DNA of 64,000 nucleotides from Negativicutes bacterium (GTDB taxonomy: Bacteria > Bacillota > Negativicutes > UBA1444): positions 32,001 to 96,000 of the forward strand of contig CAXXIN010000018.1 of assembly GCA_963665275.2 (NCBI GenBank), in the 5' to 3' direction. The notes below the pieces were generated by a model that was not told the origin of the DNA, did no database searches, and saw nothing but the letters and a program-made list of their open reading frames with translations. The translations under genes were made by a program, and so were the position numbers. Positions 60,614 through 64,000 of this stretch are shown piece by piece. Position 1 is the first letter of the stretch; each line of letters opens with the position of its first letter.

Positions 60614-61079
60614 TTATGCGTTTTCCATTCCCAGATTGAGCTGAATGAGGTGTCCATCAGCCAGCATCTCAATCACCAGGAACTTCTCATGTAGTAGTCG
60701 CGTTCGGAAATCAGCGCCAACGATCAGAGAAGGTGGAGAAATATCAACCTTAATTCCCATTTGTTCGAAGCGAATGGCCGCATTGGCCGTGACCATGTTA
60801 ACCAGTTCTGAAATAGCGCTTTGCGGCAGCTCGTCAAACTGGCTAATTGGCATGCCACCCATCATTGTACTAGCAATGCCTATGGCAGTTTGTTCACTCA
60901 TGTTGTAAGCGACATTGCCACGGATTTCTTTTGTCAGACCAATGATCACTGTGACTCCGAGACTTTCGACCGCATTAGTGCCTACACTGAGTTTTTCCCT
61001 TCTGAATATCGGTGAGGCCAAGCTGCGGGAGAATTTCGCGAAACGCATCGATGACAGGATTAATAAAACGGGCGTCCAT
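60614..61079 (-). pseudogene. cheX: CheX-like chemotaxis phosphatase, frameshifted
   Basis: MDARFINPVIDAFREILPQLG...KGK then extra base in A5 run (60992-60996) before LSVG...SAISELVNMVTANA..DISPP. Confidence 0.82.
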
Positions 61080-61083
61080 TTGG

Positions 61084-61929
61084 TTACTCCTCCGTTATTT
61101 CCATACTCATCAGAAAGGTCCCAATCGGGGTATCGGCCTTGACTGCGAGCATATAATGATTGGGCAGGTTGGAAATCATAAGTTTCTTTCCTTCCAGTAA
61201 ACTGGCTGGCGTAATTCGCAGATCCAGTCCTTTCGAAATCCTATTGGCACGGGAGATGCCCCTGCCGCATACAATGTTGGCCATTTCTGCCAAACAGCCC
61301 AGCGCCTCTTCTGGGGTTGAAGGACGTCCCAATAATACCGTCGCAAAGGCAGCGGCTGTTTCATGCGAAGTGTCCAGAATGACTCGCCCCGTATGCGCGC
61401 CGGTAATGCCGATGATGGCGCAGATCCCGCGAGAATCAAGAGAAGCCGGGGGATTTTCCAAGGCTGTGAAAGTACAGATTTCAGGTTCGAGTGATTTGTT
61501 GAGAAATTCTTCAAAAGACAAATGCAGTTGTTCCAGATAGGGGGGCCACCAGTCCGGTGCAATACGGCTGACCGCCATTTTGATCATCGTGACCAGATCC
61601 TCCCGCGTTGCTGGTTTTTGCAGGAACCATCGAATTCCTAGCAATCGGGCCCGCGTAGTCAACGCTTCATCCTTCATCGAACTGAGGATGACAATGCGAG
61701 CGGCGGGATCACGCAGCAAGATCCGGCGACTGCATTCCAAACCATCCATGTCGGGCATTGTAATATCCATGATGACAACTTCCGGTTTGAGCACGAAATA
61801 TTTGCCGATTCCCTCCTGACCATTGGAAGCCAGTCCGCAAATTTCAAATGCGCTATCGGGCAGTGTCTTTTGTAAGACGGCTTGACTAAATGGCGAATCA
61901 TCGACTATGAGGACCCGTGTTTTGCGCAT
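61084..61929 (-). CDS. CheY-like receiver fused to a CheX/CheC-like domain
   Basis: VLIVDDS, MDITMPDMDG, QKP; C-terminal IIGITG, AEMANIVCG. Confidence 0.85.
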   Translation of the reverse strand: MRKTRVLIVDDSPFSQAVLQKTLPDSAFEICGLASNGQEGIGKYFVLKPEVVIMDITMPDMDGLECSRRILLRDPAARIVILSSMKDEALTTRARLLGIRWFLQKPATREDLVTMIKMAVSRIAPDWWPPYLEQLHLSFEEFLNKSLEPEICTFTALENPPASLDSRGICAIIGITGAHTGRVILDTSHETAAAFATVLLGRPSTPEEALGCLAEMANIVCGRGISRANRISKGLDLRITPASLLEGKKLMISNLPNHYMLAVKADTPIGTFLMSMEITEE

Positions 61930-61974
61930 GCTTTTACCTCATTTCAGCTTAAGATTGGTATATTATATTACCTA

Positions 61975-62061
61975 ATTCGTTAGTTTATGCTTTTTTCCTG
62001 CAAGGGCAATTTTTGCGAGGGCGAGGCCGGCGTAGCAGGGAAAAGAAAAATCCTGTCGAAG
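61975..62061. promoter_or_regulatory. Divergent SigH-like promoters
   Basis: Minus: GCAGGA-N17-GAAT (62001-61975); plus: GCAGGG-N17-GAAG (62035-62061). Confidence 0.45.
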
Positions 62062-62112
62062 GTATTCAAAATGTGGTAATTAACCTTATGGGTTTGAATA
62101 GGAGAAGGCCTT

Positions 62113-64000
62113 ATGATAACCGACAAGCCGGAAATGTTGACCGGTCATGAGTTGATGGATGCTTCCCAACTGCAGTTCCAGGACTTGTTTGATCTGGAAG
62201 AAATTCAGCGCCTTCAGGATGCCTTTTCATCTGCAACAGGCGTATCTTCCTTGATTACAGATCCTTGTGGTAATCCGATCACACGGCCGAGCAATTTTGT
62301 CGAAGTTTGCTCCATGATTCGTGCTAAACCTGCGGGATTGGCCCGCTGTATGCATTCGGACGCAGTCCTCGGTTTGCTGAATTCGGCTGGTCCGGTTTTT
62401 GGCAAATGTCTCAGCGGCGGACTTTATGATGGAGGAACAGGAATCACCGTTGGTGGCCGTCAACTAGCGAATTGGCTGATTGGACAAGTAATCGATGATG
62501 GCGTCGATGATGAATATCTGCGAAACTATGCCCGGGAGCTGGGTATTGACGAGATTCAAATGATTCAGGCCTTTCAGAACGTTCCACGGATGTCACAGGA
62601 AAAATTCAGAAAAATATGCGAGGCACTGCACATCTTAGGAGAACAGCTATCGGGACAGGCTTTTCGCCTCATTCAACAGCGACGATACATCGACGATCTC
62701 CAACGAACCCAGGCGGAGTTGATGGAGAGTGAGGAACGTTACCGCGCTTTGGTTCAGAGATCCTCCGAAGCCATTTTATTGATTGATCCGGATTCCCGCA
62801 AAGTGATTGAGACGAACCGGCATTTTCAGGAATTATTGGGCTATTCGGAAGAAGAGATCACTGGAATGAGCGTTTACGATCTGGTGAATGACAACAAAAA
62901 GTCTGTAGACCGATACTACGATGAGCTTTTACCGACTCAGAACGAGTTGCCGGTTGAATCCCGTTCTTTCCGCCATAAAAGCGGGCGAAGTGTTGCTGTG
63001 GAACGGACGGGTGTCATCGTTCATCTGAATGGGAAGAAAGTCTACATGGTTACTGCCCGGGATGTGACGGAGCGGAAATATATTGAAGAAAAAATGTTAT
63101 ATCTGAGTTTCCACGATATATTGACAGACCTATACAACCGGACTTATTTTGAAGAAGAACTGGCCCGAATGGACCGCAGAAGGGCAGGTTCGGTCGGATT
63201 AATTATTTTTGATTTGGATGGATTGAAACTGGTAAATGACTCTTTTGGTCATGAACAGGGCGATAATTTGTTGGTCAGGATGGCAGGCTTGATTCAGGGG
63301 TGTTTCAACGAACCGGATGTTGTGGCAAGAATTGGCGGGGACGAGATTGCTGTTCTGCTCAGGGAGACGAGCATCAAACAGTTGGAGCAGGTTGTTGCAA
63401 AAGTTTATGATGAGGTGGACCGCATTCAACAGACGGCTCACCGGATTCCTCTGAGTCTGTCAGCTGGATATGCCTTCAGTGCGGACAAAAACATGTCCAT
63501 GCGTGATCTGTTCAGGGAAGCGGATAACAATATGTATCGTGAAAAGCTCCATCGAAGCAGGAGCGCTCGCAGCGCCATCGTTCAGACAGTTATGAGTTTG
63601 CTGGAAGCGCGTGATTTCATTACTGAGGGTCATGCCGACAGGCTTCAGGAAATGCTGACGCAACTGGCTCGCGCTGCTGACTTGCCGGAAAGTCGGATGA
63701 CTGATTTGCGCCTGCTGGCTCAGTTCCATGATATTGGGAAAGTGGGAATACCGGATCGGATTTTGTTGAAACCGGGGCCTCTGTCACCCGAAGAAATGAT
63801 CGAAATGCAGCGACATTGCGAAATTGGGCATCGGATCGCCCAGTCTTCGCCCGATTTGCTCCCGGTGGCAGATTGGGTGCTTAAGCATCAGGAATGGTGG
63901 AATGGCCAAGGGTATCCGCTGGGTCTGGCTGGTGAGAAAATCCCGGTGGAATGCCGAATTCTTGCCATCGCTGATGCTTATGACGCGATGACCAATGATC
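62113..64000 (+). CDS. PocR-PAS-GGDEF-HD-GYP c-di-GMP turnover protein, 3' end outside window
   Basis: Manual translation: LEEIQRLQDAF..ITRPSNF (PocR), FHDILTDLYNR, ARIGGDEI, FHDIGK, NGQGYPLG; absent from ORF track because there is no stop in the window. Confidence 0.92.
   Translation, partial: MITDKPEMLTGHELMDASQLQFQDLFDLEEIQRLQDAFSSATGVSSLITDPCGNPITRPSNFVEVCSMIRAKPAGLARCMHSDAVLGLLNSAGPVFGKCLSGGLYDGGTGITVGGRQLANWLIGQVIDDGVDDEYLRNYARELGIDEIQMIQAFQNVPRMSQEKFRKICEALHILGEQLSGQAFRLIQQRRYIDDLQRTQAELMESEERYRALVQRSSEAILLIDPDSRKVIETNRHFQELLGYSEEEITGMSVYDLVNDNKKSVDRYYDELLPTQNELPVESRSFRHKSGRSVAVERTGVIVHLNGKKVYMVTARDVTERKYIEEKMLYLSFHDILTDLYNRTYFEEELARMDRRRAGSVGLIIFDLDGLKLVNDSFGHEQGDNLLVRMAGLIQGCFNEPDVVARIGGDEIAVLLRETSIKQLEQVVAKVYDEVDRIQQTAHRIPLSLSAGYAFSADKNMSMRDLFREADNNMYREKLHRSRSARSAIVQTVMSLLEARDFITEGHADRLQEMLTQLARAADLPESRMTDLRLLAQFHDIGKVGIPDRILLKPGPLSPEEMIEMQRHCEIGHRIAQSSPDLLPVADWVLKHQEWWNGQGYPLGLAGEKIPVECRILAIADAYDAMTND

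Overview
Chromosomal segment of an anaerobic Firmicute, most likely a diderm Negativicute (Sporomusaceae-like). This is an inference from the RND pump, an outer-membrane beta-barrel remnant, sigmaH-type promoters and PocR signalling proteins. Main blocks: two M20 amidohydrolase/transporter operons, PocR/PAS/GAF signalling proteins, cheV, cheY-cheX and an MCP, a TetR-RND efflux operon, MarR-acyl-CoA dehydrogenase, feoAB, a potassium block (kimA-like, two small membrane peptides, kdpABCDE and a second two-component pair), and a Mo-nitrogenase operon (nifH-I1-I2-D-K-E-N-B-fdx-anfO-like). The most striking element is an intact IS110 recombinase element inserted antisense between nifH and nifI1. 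Its ends rebuild a consensus sigmaA promoter on circularisation. Its non-coding left end contains guide-like segments matching both its own donor junction and the insertion site, which is the nifI1 Shine-Dalgarno sequence, i.e. a bridge RNA apparently programmed for ribosome-binding sites. Other observations: ANTAR-type hairpin/terminator leaders (nifH, a HEPN-like gene, an aminotransferase, a DMT), three identically built KdpE-type promoters, several decayed gene or riboswitch remnants, and three +1 homopolymer frameshifts that may be assembly errors. All family assignments come from motif recognition by eye; no database searches were run.
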